From assembly GCA_040388195.1 (NCBI GenBank), contig JAZKCF010000008.1, positions 1,831-65,830 of the forward strand: a stretch of 64,000 bases of DNA, written 5' to 3'. The notes under the pieces were generated by a model. That model saw nothing but the letters and a program-made list of their open reading frames with translations. It did no database searches and was not told the DNA's origin. Positions within the stretch are counted from its first letter, which is position 1. Each line of letters opens with the position of its first letter. Origin of the DNA: Pseudomonadota bacterium (GTDB taxonomy: Bacteria > Pseudomonadota > Gammaproteobacteria > Burkholderiales > DATLHW01). This document shows, one piece after another, positions 11,924 through 23,327 of this stretch. Made by a program: the position numbers and the translations under genes.

Positions 11924-12565
11924 TCAGTACTGCTTTACAAGCGTCATCGTTGACCCTTCACGCTTCATCTCCACTCGAGTTAAAAAGCTCATACCCAAAA
12001 GCGTTATAGGCATTCCCGGGCCCTCCAGAACCATGCCATCCACCTGGTTCAGCGTAATGTCTCCAACTTTGACCGAATTCAGCGTTACCCGATAAGCAGA
12101 TACGGGGCCTGCAGCAGTACTCATATTAACCTGCTGACCGCTTAGGTATCGAATACCAAGTTTGCGTGCCTCGGCTGCACTCATGGAAACTGCCGTCGCA
12201 CCCGTATCAATTAAGAACTGTGTGCCACTACCGTTAATGGAGCCTGGGGTTAAAAAATGGCCTCTATTATCGGCAATCAACGTGACTGACGGCTTTTTTC
12301 CACTAACTTGATTGGCAGAGATCGATTGACCAAGCTGCAAAGTTTTGCGCTTACCGTCAATCTCAAAAACAGCGCCCTCCGAGCTTGCACTAATCAACTT
12401 CACGCCTTCCGGCGTCGTTTGCCCAGCGCTCAGCACGCGCGCTTTGCCACCATCAATTTCAACTAACGCTTTTTCGCCGAATAATCCCACCACATTGACA
12501 TCAGCTGCATCGGCTTGGGTTGCTAGTAGCAGACAACAGACCAGGTATGACAGCCTTAGGCGCAT
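11924..12565 (-). CDS. retropepsin-like (clan AA) aspartic protease, secreted
   Basis: Signal peptide and the FLIDTGAT catalytic motif. Confidence 0.65.
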   Translation of the reverse strand: MRLRLSYLVCCLLLATQADAADVNVVGLFGEKALVEIDGGKARVLSAGQTTPEGVKLISASSEGAVFEIDGKRKTLQLGQSISANQVSGKKPSVTLIADNRGHFLTPGSINGSGTQFLIDTGATAVSMSAAEARKLGIRYLSGQQVNMSTAAGPVSAYRVTLNSVKVGDITLNQVDGMVLEGPGMPITLLGMSFLTRVEMKREGSTMTLVKQY

Positions 12566-12585
12566 AATTTATCTTTATCCGTCCG

Positions 12586-13071
12586 CTATTCGCGAAAATT
12601 ATTGAATTGCAGAGGAAACCCTAATTCAGCTTTTCGTATGAGCGCAATGGCTTCTTGCAAGTTATCTCTCTTGGCACCCGATACACGAACGACATCGCCT
12701 TGAATACTTCCCTGAACCTTAAGCTTGCTATCTTTGAGAAGCTTAACGATTTTCTTGGCTAGTTCAGTTTCTACACCAACCTTCACCGTTTCGCTGCGCT
12801 TTACTTTCGCGCCGGAAATCTTTTCGACTTTGCCAATATCCAGGCATTTGATATCGATATTGCGCTTAACCAGCTTGCTCACCAAGATGTCCTGCATCTG
12901 GTCCAGTTTAAAATCGTCGTCGGCAAAAAGCGTAAGAACATACTCCGCTTGCTCAATCCGCGCGTCGGAACCCTTGAAGTCGAACCGCGTGCCAACTTCT
13001 CGGTTCGTTTGATCAACAGCATTTTTAAGTTCTTGCTTATCAACTTCAGAAACAATGTCGAAAGATGGCAT
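12586..13071 (-). CDS. yajQ: YajQ family nucleotide/c-di-GMP-binding protein
   Basis: [22 protein letters not shown]-terminus, 161 aa. Confidence 0.85.
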   Translation of the reverse strand: MPSFDIVSEVDKQELKNAVDQTNREVGTRFDFKGSDARIEQAEYVLTLFADDDFKLDQMQDILVSKLVKRNIDIKCLDIGKVEKISGAKVKRSETVKVGVETELAKKIVKLLKDSKLKVQGSIQGDVVRVSGAKRDNLQEAIALIRKAELGFPLQFNNFRE

Positions 13072-13153
13072 AAATTTTTACCTCTGAGATTGTGAAAAAA
13101 TCATAATGACCGACTGAAACTGGGAGCCGTGCAGTAGATTCTTTCACACACCC

Positions 13154-13465
13154 TTATGCAAAGTGGCAAACGTAGTCTAAGGTTTCCAGAACTTCAATAT
13201 CGAAAGAAGAATTTGCCGGCACATTAAAACTTGCCCCGGGACCATAAGAATTCCACTCAGCCCCGCCCTTCAAGCGCACACGGCATTTACCAGCACTCAC
13301 TTCCATTACTTCTGGCGCACCGGTATTAAAAGTTAACGCCGCAGGAAAAATAACGCCAAGGGTTTTCCGAGTGCCGTCTGGAAATAACACCGTATGTGAA
13401 ACGCACTTACCGTCAAAGTAGATATTGGATTTTTTCAGAACACTGACGTTATCGAATTGGCTCAA
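13154..13465 (-). CDS. ppnP: pyrimidine/purine nucleoside phosphorylase PpnP (DUF1255)
   Basis: 103 aa cupin-like protein with [13 protein letters not shown]. Confidence 0.8.
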   Translation of the reverse strand: MSQFDNVSVLKKSNIYFDGKCVSHTVLFPDGTRKTLGVIFPAALTFNTGAPEVMEVSAGKCRVRLKGGAEWNSYGPGASFNVPANSSFDIEVLETLDYVCHFA

Positions 13466-13488
13466 GCTACTACCTCCGCTTACTTAAA

Positions 13489-14706
13489 TTAACTTCTTTT
13501 TAACTTTGCCGCTATGCGCATACGCAACGCATTCAACCGGATAAATCCACCTGCGTCGGCCTGATTGTAGGCCCCAGCATCGTCCTCAAAAGTAGCGATG
13601 GTGGGATCGAACAACGAATCGGATTTCGAGTCACGACCAGCGACAAACACATTTCCCTTGTACAACTTGAGTCGCACCCAGCCATTTACAGGCTGTTGGG
13701 TATGGTCTATCAATACCTGCATTGCTTTACGTTCTGGGCTCCACCAATAGCCGGTATAAATCAATTCCGCATAACGAGGCATGAGGCCGTCTTTAAGGTG
13801 CGCGACTTCGCGATCAAGGCAAATGGATTCAATAGCGCGATGGGCTTTCATCATGATGGTCCCACCCGGCGTTTCATAACAGCCGCGCGACTTCATGCCG
13901 ACGTAACGATTTTCCACCAAGTCTAATCTCCCAATGCCATGTTTACCACCGATACGGTTAAGCTCGGTCAACACTTCCGCAGCGGTCATCTTTTTGCCGT
14001 TCACAGCGACGATATCGCCTTTCTCGTATTCGAGCCCCAAGTATTCCGCTTGATCCTGCGCTTTTTCTGGGGAGACAGTCCACCGCCACATGTCTTCTTC
14101 GGCTTCCTTGGATGGATCTTCCAATGCGCGGCCTTCATATGAAATATGCAGTAAGTTGGCATCCATGCTGTAAGGACTACCGCCTTGCTTGTGCTTCATC
14201 TCGATAGGAATGCCATGCTGCTCTGCATAGGCAAGCAATTTTTCGCGAGAGGTCAAATCCCATTCACGCCATGGTGCGATAACACGGATATCTGGTTCTA
14301 AGGCGTAATAGCCCAACTCGAACCGGACCTGATCGTTGCCCTTTCCAGTTGCGCCGTGAGAAACCGCATCCGCTTTGGTAGCGCGAGCAATTTCGATTTG
14401 CCGTTTGGCGATTAGAGGCCGCGCAATGCTGGTACCCAGCAAGTACTCGCCTTCATAAATAGCGTTGGCACGAAACATGGGGAAGACAAAATCGCGTACG
14501 AATTCTTCGCGTAAGTCGTCGATAAAGATTTCCTGAATACCGAATTTTTTTGCCTTCTCGCGCGCCGGCTCCAGCTCTTCGCCCTGGCCTATATCGGCAG
14601 TAAAGGTCACTACCTCGCACCTATAAGTATCCTGCAACCATTTCAAAATGACCGAGGTATCGAGACCGCCAGAATAAGCCAATACAACTTTATTGATTTC
14701 ACTCAT
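13489..14706 (-). CDS. argG: argininosuccinate synthase
   Basis: [12 protein letters not shown] and [13 protein letters not shown] motifs. Confidence 0.95.
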   Translation of the reverse strand: MSEINKVVLAYSGGLDTSVILKWLQDTYRCEVVTFTADIGQGEELEPAREKAKKFGIQEIFIDDLREEFVRDFVFPMFRANAIYEGEYLLGTSIARPLIAKRQIEIARATKADAVSHGATGKGNDQVRFELGYYALEPDIRVIAPWREWDLTSREKLLAYAEQHGIPIEMKHKQGGSPYSMDANLLHISYEGRALEDPSKEAEEDMWRWTVSPEKAQDQAEYLGLEYEKGDIVAVNGKKMTAAEVLTELNRIGGKHGIGRLDLVENRYVGMKSRGCYETPGGTIMMKAHRAIESICLDREVAHLKDGLMPRYAELIYTGYWWSPERKAMQVLIDHTQQPVNGWVRLKLYKGNVFVAGRDSKSDSLFDPTIATFEDDAGAYNQADAGGFIRLNALRMRIAAKLKRS

Positions 14707-14796
14707 GGGATGATTTACCGATTAAATTATTTCAAATTTACTGAAATTGCCATAAGACTTTCTATGGCCGTCAGCCTTAACGATTTTGTGATGAGA

Positions 14797-15729
14797 TTAA
14801 GTACTTTTCAATTTACCTATCAATAAATACTCTAGAAGCGCCTTTTGCACATGCATTCTGTTTTCTGCTTCATCCCATACAACGCTTTGCGATCCTTCTA
14901 ACACTTCTGCCGAGACCTCTTCACCGCGATGAGCAGGCAAACAATGCATGAATAATGCATCAGGCTTGGCTTGAGCCATCATGTCAGCATTCACCTGAAA
15001 ATTTGCAAACGCCTTTTTACGGTCGTTAGTTTCGTCTTCAAATCCCATGCTGGTCCAGACGTCGGTCGTCACTAAATCCACGCCCTTCGCAGCTTCCATT
15101 GGATCGACAAAGCATTCGAGGTGGCGGCTATCAAGAGATTTGCGTTGTTCTAGTGCCAATTCATATCCTGACGGTGTGGCCACGTGGACTTTAAAATCAA
15201 AAATCTTTGCTGCCTGCAACCATGTGTAACACATGTTATTAGCATCGCCAATCCAAGCAACAGTTTTCCCTTGAATGGCGCCACGAAATTCGGTGTAAGT
15301 AAAAATGTCCGCCAATATCTGACAAGGATGATATTCGTTGGTTAAACCATTGATCACAGGTACGCGCGAATTCTCCGCAAAATGCTCAATGATTGATTGT
15401 TCAAACGTGCGGATCATTACCACATCGACCATGCGGCTGATGACACGAGCCACATCCTCGATCGGCTCGCCACGGCCTAGCTGTGTATCACCGGTTGTAA
15501 GGTGAATCGAATTACCGCCCATCTGACTCATGCCGGCTTCAAACGAAACACGAGTACGGGTCGATTGTTTTTCGAACACCATAGCTAGCGTTCTATCCTT
15601 AAGAGGCTGATAAGTGACATAGCTTTTAAACAACAGCTTAATGGCACGGGTTCTATCGAAAAGATACTCGAACTCTTCGCGAGTGAAATCGCTTAACTGT
15701 AGGAAGTGCTTCAAACTAGGTTCAACCAT
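14797..15729 (-). CDS. argF: ornithine carbamoyltransferase
   Basis: STRTR, HPCQ and HCLP motifs. The ATG at 15729 (MVEPSLKHFL) avoids overlapping argD; the track start at 15774 would overlap it. Confidence 0.9.
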   Translation of the reverse strand: MVEPSLKHFLQLSDFTREEFEYLFDRTRAIKLLFKSYVTYQPLKDRTLAMVFEKQSTRTRVSFEAGMSQMGGNSIHLTTGDTQLGRGEPIEDVARVISRMVDVVMIRTFEQSIIEHFAENSRVPVINGLTNEYHPCQILADIFTYTEFRGAIQGKTVAWIGDANNMCYTWLQAAKIFDFKVHVATPSGYELALEQRKSLDSRHLECFVDPMEAAKGVDLVTTDVWTSMGFEDETNDRKKAFANFQVNADMMAQAKPDALFMHCLPAHRGEEVSAEVLEGSQSVVWDEAENRMHVQKALLEYLLIGKLKST

Positions 15730-15736
15730 ATTGATA

Positions 15737-16936
15737 TTATCGAGTTGTGGCTTGCGGCCCGGTGGCGTTGGCAAAGAAGGATTTAATTACAGGCACTAGT
15801 CGATCAACCAACTCATCGGCCTCAGTCTGCTTCATGATCAGAGGGGGCAATAGACGAATAACGCTATCACTGGTAACGCTAATTATAAGACCGGCATCGA
15901 GAGCCATTTTGACCATTTCAGGACAAGGTCGATTTAGTTCGATACCAATCATCAACCCTACGCCACGAACATCGACAACTCCAGCAACATCTTTCAAGTC
16001 ATTTGCAAAGCGGGTCTTTAAATGCGCACCAATATTCGCCGCATTAGCAAGAAGATCCTCCTCCTGCAAAACATTTAATGTGGTCAAGGCCGCCGTTGAA
16101 ACCAACGGCCCTCCGCCAAAGGTAGTACCGTGATTGCCAGGTTTGAATAGCTGCGCTGCAGGTCCTCGTGCAAGACAAGCACCTATTGGGACTCCCGAAC
16201 CAAGGCCTTTAGCAAGCGACACAACATCTGGAAGAATATTGGCATGCTGATACGCAAACCATTTGCCTGTACGGCCAATGCCGCTTTGTACTTCGTCGAA
16301 CATCAAAAGCCATTGCTGTTCATCACATAGCTGCCGTAATGCTCGCAAGTACTGGGCTTGAGCAAAATTGACCCCACCCTCCCCTTGAACTACTTCCATA
16401 AGAATGGCGACCACATCCGGATTTTGTCGAGCAAGATTCTTGATCGAATCGATATCGTTGTAAGGAACACGAATAAAGCCCGTCACTAGCGGTTCGAAGC
16501 CTGCCTGAATTTTACGTGAGCCTGTGGCAGTCAACGTGGCCAACGTCCGACCATGAAATGCCTTTTCCATCACGATAACGACAGGACTATCCACTCCCTT
16601 CTTATGGCCGAATAAACGCGCTAATTTAATCGCGCATTCATTGGCCTCCGCTCCGGAATTACAGAAAAACGCATTATCCATCGCAGAGATTTCGCAAAGC
16701 TTATCTGCTAATGCCTCTTGCTCTGGAACTTGTACCAAATTGGAAACGTGAATAAGCTTTTCTGCTTGTTGGCTAATCGCCTTGACCAATTTTGGGTGCC
16801 CATGACCTAAACCAGATACTGCAATACCAGCGAGCGCATCCAGATAGCGTTTGCCACTCGAATCCCAAAGCCATACCCCCTCACCACGGACAAAAGCCAC
16901 TGGCTGAGGGCTGTAAGTACTCATCAAATGCGACAT
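15737..16936 (-). CDS. argD: acetylornithine aminotransferase (class III PLP aminotransferase)
   Basis: 399 aa with DEVQSGIGRTGK and an SLAKGLGSG PLP-lysine region, in the arg cluster. Confidence 0.85.
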   Translation of the reverse strand: MSHLMSTYSPQPVAFVRGEGVWLWDSSGKRYLDALAGIAVSGLGHGHPKLVKAISQQAEKLIHVSNLVQVPEQEALADKLCEISAMDNAFFCNSGAEANECAIKLARLFGHKKGVDSPVVIVMEKAFHGRTLATLTATGSRKIQAGFEPLVTGFIRVPYNDIDSIKNLARQNPDVVAILMEVVQGEGGVNFAQAQYLRALRQLCDEQQWLLMFDEVQSGIGRTGKWFAYQHANILPDVVSLAKGLGSGVPIGACLARGPAAQLFKPGNHGTTFGGGPLVSTAALTTLNVLQEEDLLANAANIGAHLKTRFANDLKDVAGVVDVRGVGLMIGIELNRPCPEMVKMALDAGLIISVTSDSVIRLLPPLIMKQTEADELVDRLVPVIKSFFANATGPQATTR

Positions 16937-17286
16937 GATTCTCTTCTTTCCGAATAATTTCCGGCTTAGAAAACGAACACGGCGGCTCAGGCCGCCGTGT
17001 ACTATTTTGGAGACTGACGAAAATTAGATAATCTCTTTATCTCTTCTCGCCCCCCCTTAACTCTCCCCGAGGGCAAATATTAGACAAAAACCGCCTTACA
17101 ACGCAATCATCACCGTTATTTAAGAAAGTATTAATGCCTCAAGTTACATTGAATCGCTCGACAAACAAAGTACAAGTAAAATGGGAATTCAATGACTTAT
17201 CTCAAACCAGAGCATTTCACTAATCATTAAACCTAAAAAGACCTTCAGCAGGAAGTGTAGCAGCCGATATATACTCACGTCCTTAA

Positions 17287-17640
17287 TTGTTGGCTCAATC
17301 CAGACCAGTTCACCGCATGAATGAAATTCCTGACAAATTGATTATCCAGGGCGTTACTAAAACCGGCAGAGCGTTTCGCCCAAGCGATTGGGCTGAGCGG
17401 CTGTGCGGAGTTATGTCAGTTTTTGGCGCTAACCAGCAAATTCGCTATTCCCATCACGTGCGCCCCATCATGATGGATGGCGTTAGATGTGTTGTGCTCG
17501 AAGGCCAACTAGCAAAGCTGGAGCCACGAGCTTACCGCTTCATGTTAGATTTTGCGCAAGATAACGAGCTTAATGTAGTAGATCCCACAAGCCCGAATCA
17601 GGAGGACAATTATTGTGAGTTACCAATAGCTCTGACTTAA
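17287..17640 (+). CDS. DUF3579-like small protein
   Basis: 117 aa. The IIQGVTKTGRAFRPSDWAERLCG pattern is recalled from the DUF3579 family; the assignment is from memory only. Confidence 0.5.
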   Translation: MLAQSRPVHRMNEIPDKLIIQGVTKTGRAFRPSDWAERLCGVMSVFGANQQIRYSHHVRPIMMDGVRCVVLEGQLAKLEPRAYRFMLDFAQDNELNVVDPTSPNQEDNYCELPIALT

Positions 17641-17773
17641 CTTAACTCACACGCCAATGAAATATTATAGTCAGCAGCAAATCTTATACCGCTTTAACAA
17701 GATGGATTATTGAGAATAAGCGGTAACGTTTTACGAGAATTGCGGGGTAGGACTTAAGACTAACTTAGTCCCA

Positions 17774-17814
17774 TCCAAAACAAAAAGACGGCCTGCGGAA
17801 TACGCAGCACCGTC
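17774..17814 (-). terminator. rho-independent terminator after rpsT
   Basis: Minus strand reads GACGGTGCTGCG-tatt-CGCAGGCCGTC followed by TTTTTGTTTTGG. Confidence 0.55.
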
Positions 17815-17843
17815 AATTTTAAAGCCAAATAAAGCCGATAAAA

Positions 17844-18107
17844 CTAGGCTAAAGCTTTGATAGCAGCAGAGAGACGGCTCTTGTGACGAGCAGCCTTGTT
17901 CTTGTGAATTATTTTCTTATCAGCGATGCGGTCAATCACGCTGGTAGATGCTTGCAAAACGGCTTGAGCGGCAGCTTTGTCACCACCCTCAATCGCTTTT
18001 TTCACTTTTTTAATTGCCGTACGCAACGTCGTGCGGAGGCTCGTGTTATGGATACGAGCGCTTTCAGCTTGACGGGCGCGCTTTTCAGCTTGCTTGGAAT
18101 TCGCCAT
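17844..18107 (-). CDS. rpsT: 30S ribosomal protein S20
   Basis: [15 protein letters not shown]..., 87 aa. Confidence 0.93.
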   Translation of the reverse strand: MANSKQAEKRARQAESARIHNTSLRTTLRTAIKKVKKAIEGGDKAAAQAVLQASTSVIDRIADKKIIHKNKAARHKSRLSAAIKALA

Positions 18108-18286
18108 AAATAAATCCTAATCCCAACTATAAAAGGGAGGGTGTGTTGACGGAAGCCGGCGATTATATGGGTTTTTCCATTCATTGCAAAGTACCCAATT
18201 TGTAATATTTCTTGCTTACGCCTTCTATTTCCCTTTCCAATTGAGAACCGCTAGCATGGCGAAGCTTTTACATCCACCCCTAAGCA

Positions 18287-19825
18287 ATGAATCTCCTCAA
18301 AGCCCTTGCCGCAATCAGCAGCATGACGCTGCTGTCACGTATTACCGGATTTATTCGGGAAATGTTGGCTGCCCGAATCTTTGGTGCGGGCCTCTATACC
18401 GATGCTTTTTTCGTCGCTTTCCGCATACCTAACTTGCTTCGGCGCTTATTTGCCGAGGGCGCATTTTCACAGGCATTTGTACCGATCCTATCCGAATACA
18501 AAACTCAACAAGGTTTCGAAGCCACTCGCCTTTTAATAGATCACGTCGCCACTCTGTTAGCGGTCATTTTATTTGTGGTCAGCGCAATCGGCATTCTTGC
18601 CGCCCCCGTTATTATCTACGCCAGCGCCTACGGCTTCACCAGCGATCCACAAAAATTCGCCGTGACCGTAATGTTGCTTAAGATTTGCTTTCCTTACATT
18701 TTGTTTGTTTCACTCACGTCTCTCGGCGCGGGGATTCTCAATACTTATAGTCAATTCAAAGTACCAGCCTTCACACCCGTATTTTTAAATTTAGCTATGA
18801 TCACGGCGACCCTTTTCGCCACTCCATACTTTAATCCCCCGATCTTAGCGTTAGCATGGGGCGTTTTTTTCGGCGGGATCTTACAACTCGCCTTTCAAGT
18901 ACCTTTCCTACTGAAGCTGAATTTATTGCCGCGCTTTCGGCCAAATTTCCGCGATCCAGGCGTATGGCGAATTCTCAAATTAATGGGCCCATCGGTATTT
19001 GGTGTTTCCATCGCCCAAATAAGCTTGTTGATTAATACATTTTTTGCTTCATTCTTAGTAACCGGAAGCGTGTCGTGGCTTAACTATGCGGACAGGTTAA
19101 TGGAGTTTCCCTCTGCTCTGCTTGGTGTTGCATTAGGCACCATCCTACTGCCCAGTCTTTCAAAACATTATACGAATAAAAGTTCCGACGAATATTCCAA
19201 GCTCTTGGATTGGGGGTTGCGTCTGACCATGTTGCTCACCCTGCCCGCCGCTGCGGCGCTGGCCATTCTCTCGATACCACTAGTGGCTACCCTCTTTAAA
19301 TCCGGCGCTTTTACAGCAACAGACGTATGGATGACACGGCAAGCGCTAGTAGCTTATAGCGTGGGACTGACCGGGATTATCATGGTGAAGATTCTCGCCC
19401 CCGGCTTTTACGCACGGCAAAATGTAAAAACGCCGGTTAAGATCGCTGTCGTTACTCTAATAACCACGCAATTACTAAATGTGGCTTTCATTCCATACTT
19501 AAAACACGCCGGGCTCGCACTTTCTATTGGCATGGCCGCGTCATTGAATTCGGGACTTTTGTACCATTACCTGCGAAAAAGTGGAATCTACCAACCGCAA
19601 CCCGGCTGGGCGGCATTCATTCTGAAGGTAATTTTAGCGCTTGGCGCTATGGCAGCAGTATTATGGTTTGCTATGGGGAGTGAAATTTCCTGGCTGTCCG
19701 GCACGCTATTTTCACGAGCGCTTCGACTCGCTTGGATTATGGCGTTAGGAGCTGGAACTTACTTTATTGGACTTTGGCTTTTGGGATTTCGGCTTAGGGA
19801 TTTTTCCCAGCGAGGTGCTTCGTAG
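18287..19825 (+). CDS. murJ: lipid II flippase MurJ
   Basis: 512 aa polytopic protein with SRITGFIREMLAARIFGAG at the N-terminus, divergent from rpsT. Confidence 0.92.
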   Translation: MNLLKALAAISSMTLLSRITGFIREMLAARIFGAGLYTDAFFVAFRIPNLLRRLFAEGAFSQAFVPILSEYKTQQGFEATRLLIDHVATLLAVILFVVSAIGILAAPVIIYASAYGFTSDPQKFAVTVMLLKICFPYILFVSLTSLGAGILNTYSQFKVPAFTPVFLNLAMITATLFATPYFNPPILALAWGVFFGGILQLAFQVPFLLKLNLLPRFRPNFRDPGVWRILKLMGPSVFGVSIAQISLLINTFFASFLVTGSVSWLNYADRLMEFPSALLGVALGTILLPSLSKHYTNKSSDEYSKLLDWGLRLTMLLTLPAAAALAILSIPLVATLFKSGAFTATDVWMTRQALVAYSVGLTGIIMVKILAPGFYARQNVKTPVKIAVVTLITTQLLNVAFIPYLKHAGLALSIGMAASLNSGLLYHYLRKSGIYQPQPGWAAFILKVILALGAMAAVLWFAMGSEISWLSGTLFSRALRLAWIMALGAGTYFIGLWLLGFRLRDFSQRGAS

Positions 19826-19833
19826 GCGAGGTA

Positions 19834-20775
19834 CTACAATTCGTAGTTGCTACCATCGCCCTTCATCGCCGTATCCACTGCTTTTCGCGTTAAGTGCGGC
19901 GCGAACATTTCGATAAAATCGTAAGCATAACCACGCAGATAAGTGTTCTTACGAATACCGATATGCGTCGCTGATGGCTCGAACAAATGACTGGCGTCTA
20001 TACTTCTCAATGCAGGATCTTCCTTGGGATCGAACGCCATTTGCGCCAAAATCCCAACGCCAAGCCCCAGCGCAACGTAAGTTTTGATGACATCCGAATC
20101 AATTGCAGTTAATACGATATTCGGCGTGAGTCCTTTTTGCTCAAATGCTCGTTGCATAGCCGAACGGCCAGTAAAAGCAAAATCATAGGTAATGAGGGGA
20201 TAGGAGGCGACGTCCTCCAAAGCAATGCGTTCTAATTTTAAAAGGGGATGTTTGGGCGGTACGACAATGCAACGATTCCACTGATAGCAAGGTAGTAGCA
20301 CCAATTCGTCAAAATGAGAGATAGCCTCGGTAGCAATTACCAAGTCGGCCTCGCCATCAATGACCGTCTGCGAAATTTGCATGGGACTGCCTTGCTTAAG
20401 GGATAGCCGCACATCGGGATACCGGCCCATGAATCGCTTAATTACCGGGGGCAAAGCATAACGAGCCTGAGTATGAGTCGTGGCAACCGTGAAACTGCCC
20501 GCCGTTTCGGCGGCAAATTCCCGCCCTACCTGCTTTAGGTTATCCACCTCTTTCAAGATTCGTTCGGCAATCGCGACGATCGTTTTACCAGGCTCCGTTA
20601 CATCGATGACTCGTTTGCCATGACGAACAAAAACATCAACGCCGAGCTCCTCTTCCAAGAGCTTGATTTGCTTTGATATCCCCGGCTGCGAAGTGTGCAA
20701 AGCTTCGGCTGCGTCGGAGACGTTTAGCCCCTGGCGAACTACATGAACAAGATAACGCAGTTGTTGTAGCTTCAT
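19834..20775 (-). CDS. cysB: LysR-family regulator, CysB-like
   Basis: MKLQQLRYLVHVVRQGLNVSDAAEALHTSQPGISKQIKLLEEELG, divergent from the sulfate-assimilation operon. Confidence 0.8.
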   Translation of the reverse strand: MKLQQLRYLVHVVRQGLNVSDAAEALHTSQPGISKQIKLLEEELGVDVFVRHGKRVIDVTEPGKTIVAIAERILKEVDNLKQVGREFAAETAGSFTVATTHTQARYALPPVIKRFMGRYPDVRLSLKQGSPMQISQTVIDGEADLVIATEAISHFDELVLLPCYQWNRCIVVPPKHPLLKLERIALEDVASYPLITYDFAFTGRSAMQRAFEQKGLTPNIVLTAIDSDVIKTYVALGLGVGILAQMAFDPKEDPALRSIDASHLFEPSATHIGIRKNTYLRGYAYDFIEMFAPHLTRKAVDTAMKGDGSNYEL

Positions 20776-20885
20776 GCCTTTTTAGCACTAAAGAACTATT
20801 GGTTATAAAATAGTAGCATAATAATCTTTGTGATTATATAAGGTAACGGTACCATTCTTTTTCAACATAAAGACTCTATATACAT

Positions 20886-21653
20886 ATGGATTGGTTATAT
20901 CCCTTAAGCGGTTTCCTAGTCGGTCTGATCGTAGGCGTGACTGGTGTGGGTGGCGGTTCGCTGATGACGCCGTTACTCGTTCTGCTATTTGGGATTCAAC
21001 CTGCAGTGGCAGTTGGCACTGATTTACTTTATGCGGCGTTTACAAAATCAGTCGGCGTCGTCGCACATAGCCGTCAGGGAAACATTGATTGGAAGACGCT
21101 TAAGCTATTAGCAATAGGCAGTTTGCCGGCAACACTGATAACGACATGGGTGTTACACACACTCAACATTGATGCGACGCGTACGGCGGTGCTTATTAAG
21201 AGTACGTTAGGGGTCGCCTTGCTACTCACCGCCGCAGCAATCATACTTCGCACCCGCATCATTCGGTTCTCCCGTGAAAGCGGCTGGATTAAGCCCCACC
21301 AAGTAGCGCCTGCGACGATTTTTGTTGGCGCATTTCTTGGCGCAATGGTAACAATTTCCTCTGTGGGCGCTGGTGCGGTAGGCGTTGCGGCACTTTTCTT
21401 TCTTTATCCGAATATGCCGGTGTTACGCATCGTCGGTACAGATATTGCACACGCCGTACCCCTTACTTTATTAGCCGGATTAGGCCATGCAAGCTTGGGA
21501 ACTGTTGACTACACATTACTGGGCAATTTACTTATTGGTTCAGTACCTGGAATTTGGATTGGTAGCCAGTTAAGTAGCCGCTTGCCAGAACGTTGGTTAA
21601 GGGGCTCGCTCGCGACACTGCTCGTACTAATTGGCGGAAAATTGGTGTTTTAA
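20886..21653 (+). CDS. TauE/SafE family sulfite/anion exporter-like membrane protein
   Basis: 255 aa with about 8 TM segments and the G-rich motif VTGVGGGSLMTPLL. Confidence 0.8.
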   Translation: MDWLYPLSGFLVGLIVGVTGVGGGSLMTPLLVLLFGIQPAVAVGTDLLYAAFTKSVGVVAHSRQGNIDWKTLKLLAIGSLPATLITTWVLHTLNIDATRTAVLIKSTLGVALLLTAAAIILRTRIIRFSRESGWIKPHQVAPATIFVGAFLGAMVTISSVGAGAVGVAALFFLYPNMPVLRIVGTDIAHAVPLTLLAGLGHASLGTVDYTLLGNLLIGSVPGIWIGSQLSSRLPERWLRGSLATLLVLIGGKLVF

Positions 21654-23327
21654 ATGTACATATACGACGAAATTGATCAACAGTTGGTGGATGAGCGAGT
21701 TGCTCAATTCCGAGACCAAACAAATCGCTTTTTATCGGGGAAATTATCTGAAGATGAATTTCGCCCGCTGCGTTTGCAAAACGGCCTCTACATCCAACGC
21801 CTGGCGCCCATGCTGCGCATTGCCATTCCTTATGGTTTTCTTTCCTCGCCTCAACTGCGCAAATTAGGGGAAATCGCCCGCAAGTTTGATCGCAGTTATG
21901 GTCATTTCAGTACGCGCCAAAACATTCAACTTAATTGGCCGAAGCTAGAAGATGTCCCTGAGATTCTCGCGGAATTGGCGACAGTACAAATGCATGCCAT
22001 TCAAACGTCTGGCAATTGCATTCGTAATACTACAACCGATCAGTTTGCTGGCGTTGCCTTCGATGAACTCATTGATCCACGCCCCTATTGCGAACTGATT
22101 CGCCAATGGTCGACATTCCATCCAGAATTTGCCTATCTGCCACGTAAATTCAAGATCGCGGTTTCGGGCAGTGTGGAAGATCGTGCCGCAACACTGGTCC
22201 ACGACATCGGCGTGCATGCAGTGCGCGATGCATCCGGTGAAGTGGGTTTCAAAGTCCTCGTTGGCGGCGGACTCGGGCGCACGCCAATCATCGGTCATGT
22301 GATTCGCGATTTCCTACCGCGCGAGCATTTCTTGTCCTATCTCGACGCTATTCTTCGCGTGTACAACCGTTATGGCCGGCGCGACAACAAATATAAAGCG
22401 CGGATTAAGATTCTGGTTAAGGAGCTCACGCCAGCAGTGTTCGCTGAAAAAGTGGAAGCGGAATGGCTTCATTTGAAAGACGGTCCTTCCGCTGTAACTG
22501 AAGCCGAATTCGAACGGCTGCGCGGCTTCTTCGTAGATCCCGCTTATGAAACCCTGCCTCAGGAAGATGCAAGTTTTCACGCCAAAATAGCGGAAAACAA
22601 AGGCTTCTCAAATTGGGTAAAGCGCAACGTATTCAAGCATAAAAAACCTGGCTATGCCGCTGTTACGCTCTCGCTTAAGAAAACCGGCGTGGCGCCAGGC
22701 GATGCGACTTCCGATCAAATGGAAGCGATAGCTGATTTAGCAGACCAATATAGTTATGGTGAAATTCGCGTTTCCCATGAACAAAATCTGATTTTGTCTG
22801 ACGTAAAACAATCGGATTTATTTGAAGTGTGGGAAAAAGCGCAAGCTCTTGGCTTAGCTACACCCAACATCGGGTTACTTACCAATATTATTGCCTGCCC
22901 AGGCGGTGATTTCTGCTCGCTAGCGAATGCAAAATCAATTCCAATTGCCGAGGCGATTCAAGAGCGCTTCGATGATCTGGATTATCTCTTCGATCTTGGG
23001 CCTATCGATCTCAATATTTCCGGTTGCATGAATTCCTGCGGTCACCACCATGTAGGACACATCGGCATTCTGGGTGTCGATAAGAATGGCGAAGAGTGGT
23101 ATCAGGTTTCCATTGGCGGCGCGCAAGGCTATCAAGCTTCGTTGGGCAAAGTGATCGGCCCGTCGTTTGCCCGTGAACAAATGGCAGATGTGATTGAGAA
23201 GTTGATCGATGTATATGTAGATATTCGCCACGAGGACGAAGTTTTTATCGATACCGTCCGCCGTACCGGCATTGAGCCCTTCAAAACTCGCGTCTATGGC
23301 GAAGCTCGTGCCGCAGCAAATGCGTGA
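21654..23327 (+). CDS. cysI: sulfite reductase hemoprotein (nitrite/sulfite reductase family)
   Basis: 557 aa with the siroheme/4Fe-4S cysteine cluster (CPGGDFC...CMNSCGHH). Confidence 0.88.
   Translation: MYIYDEIDQQLVDERVAQFRDQTNRFLSGKLSEDEFRPLRLQNGLYIQRLAPMLRIAIPYGFLSSPQLRKLGEIARKFDRSYGHFSTRQNIQLNWPKLEDVPEILAELATVQMHAIQTSGNCIRNTTTDQFAGVAFDELIDPRPYCELIRQWSTFHPEFAYLPRKFKIAVSGSVEDRAATLVHDIGVHAVRDASGEVGFKVLVGGGLGRTPIIGHVIRDFLPREHFLSYLDAILRVYNRYGRRDNKYKARIKILVKELTPAVFAEKVEAEWLHLKDGPSAVTEAEFERLRGFFVDPAYETLPQEDASFHAKIAENKGFSNWVKRNVFKHKKPGYAAVTLSLKKTGVAPGDATSDQMEAIADLADQYSYGEIRVSHEQNLILSDVKQSDLFEVWEKAQALGLATPNIGLLTNIIACPGGDFCSLANAKSIPIAEAIQERFDDLDYLFDLGPIDLNISGCMNSCGHHHVGHIGILGVDKNGEEWYQVSIGGAQGYQASLGKVIGPSFAREQMADVIEKLIDVYVDIRHEDEVFIDTVRRTGIEPFKTRVYGEARAAANA

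Noticed and set aside
15747-16133. 128-aa plus-strand ORF.
   Set aside because: It is antisense within argD, Ser/Thr/Ile-rich and has no motif.
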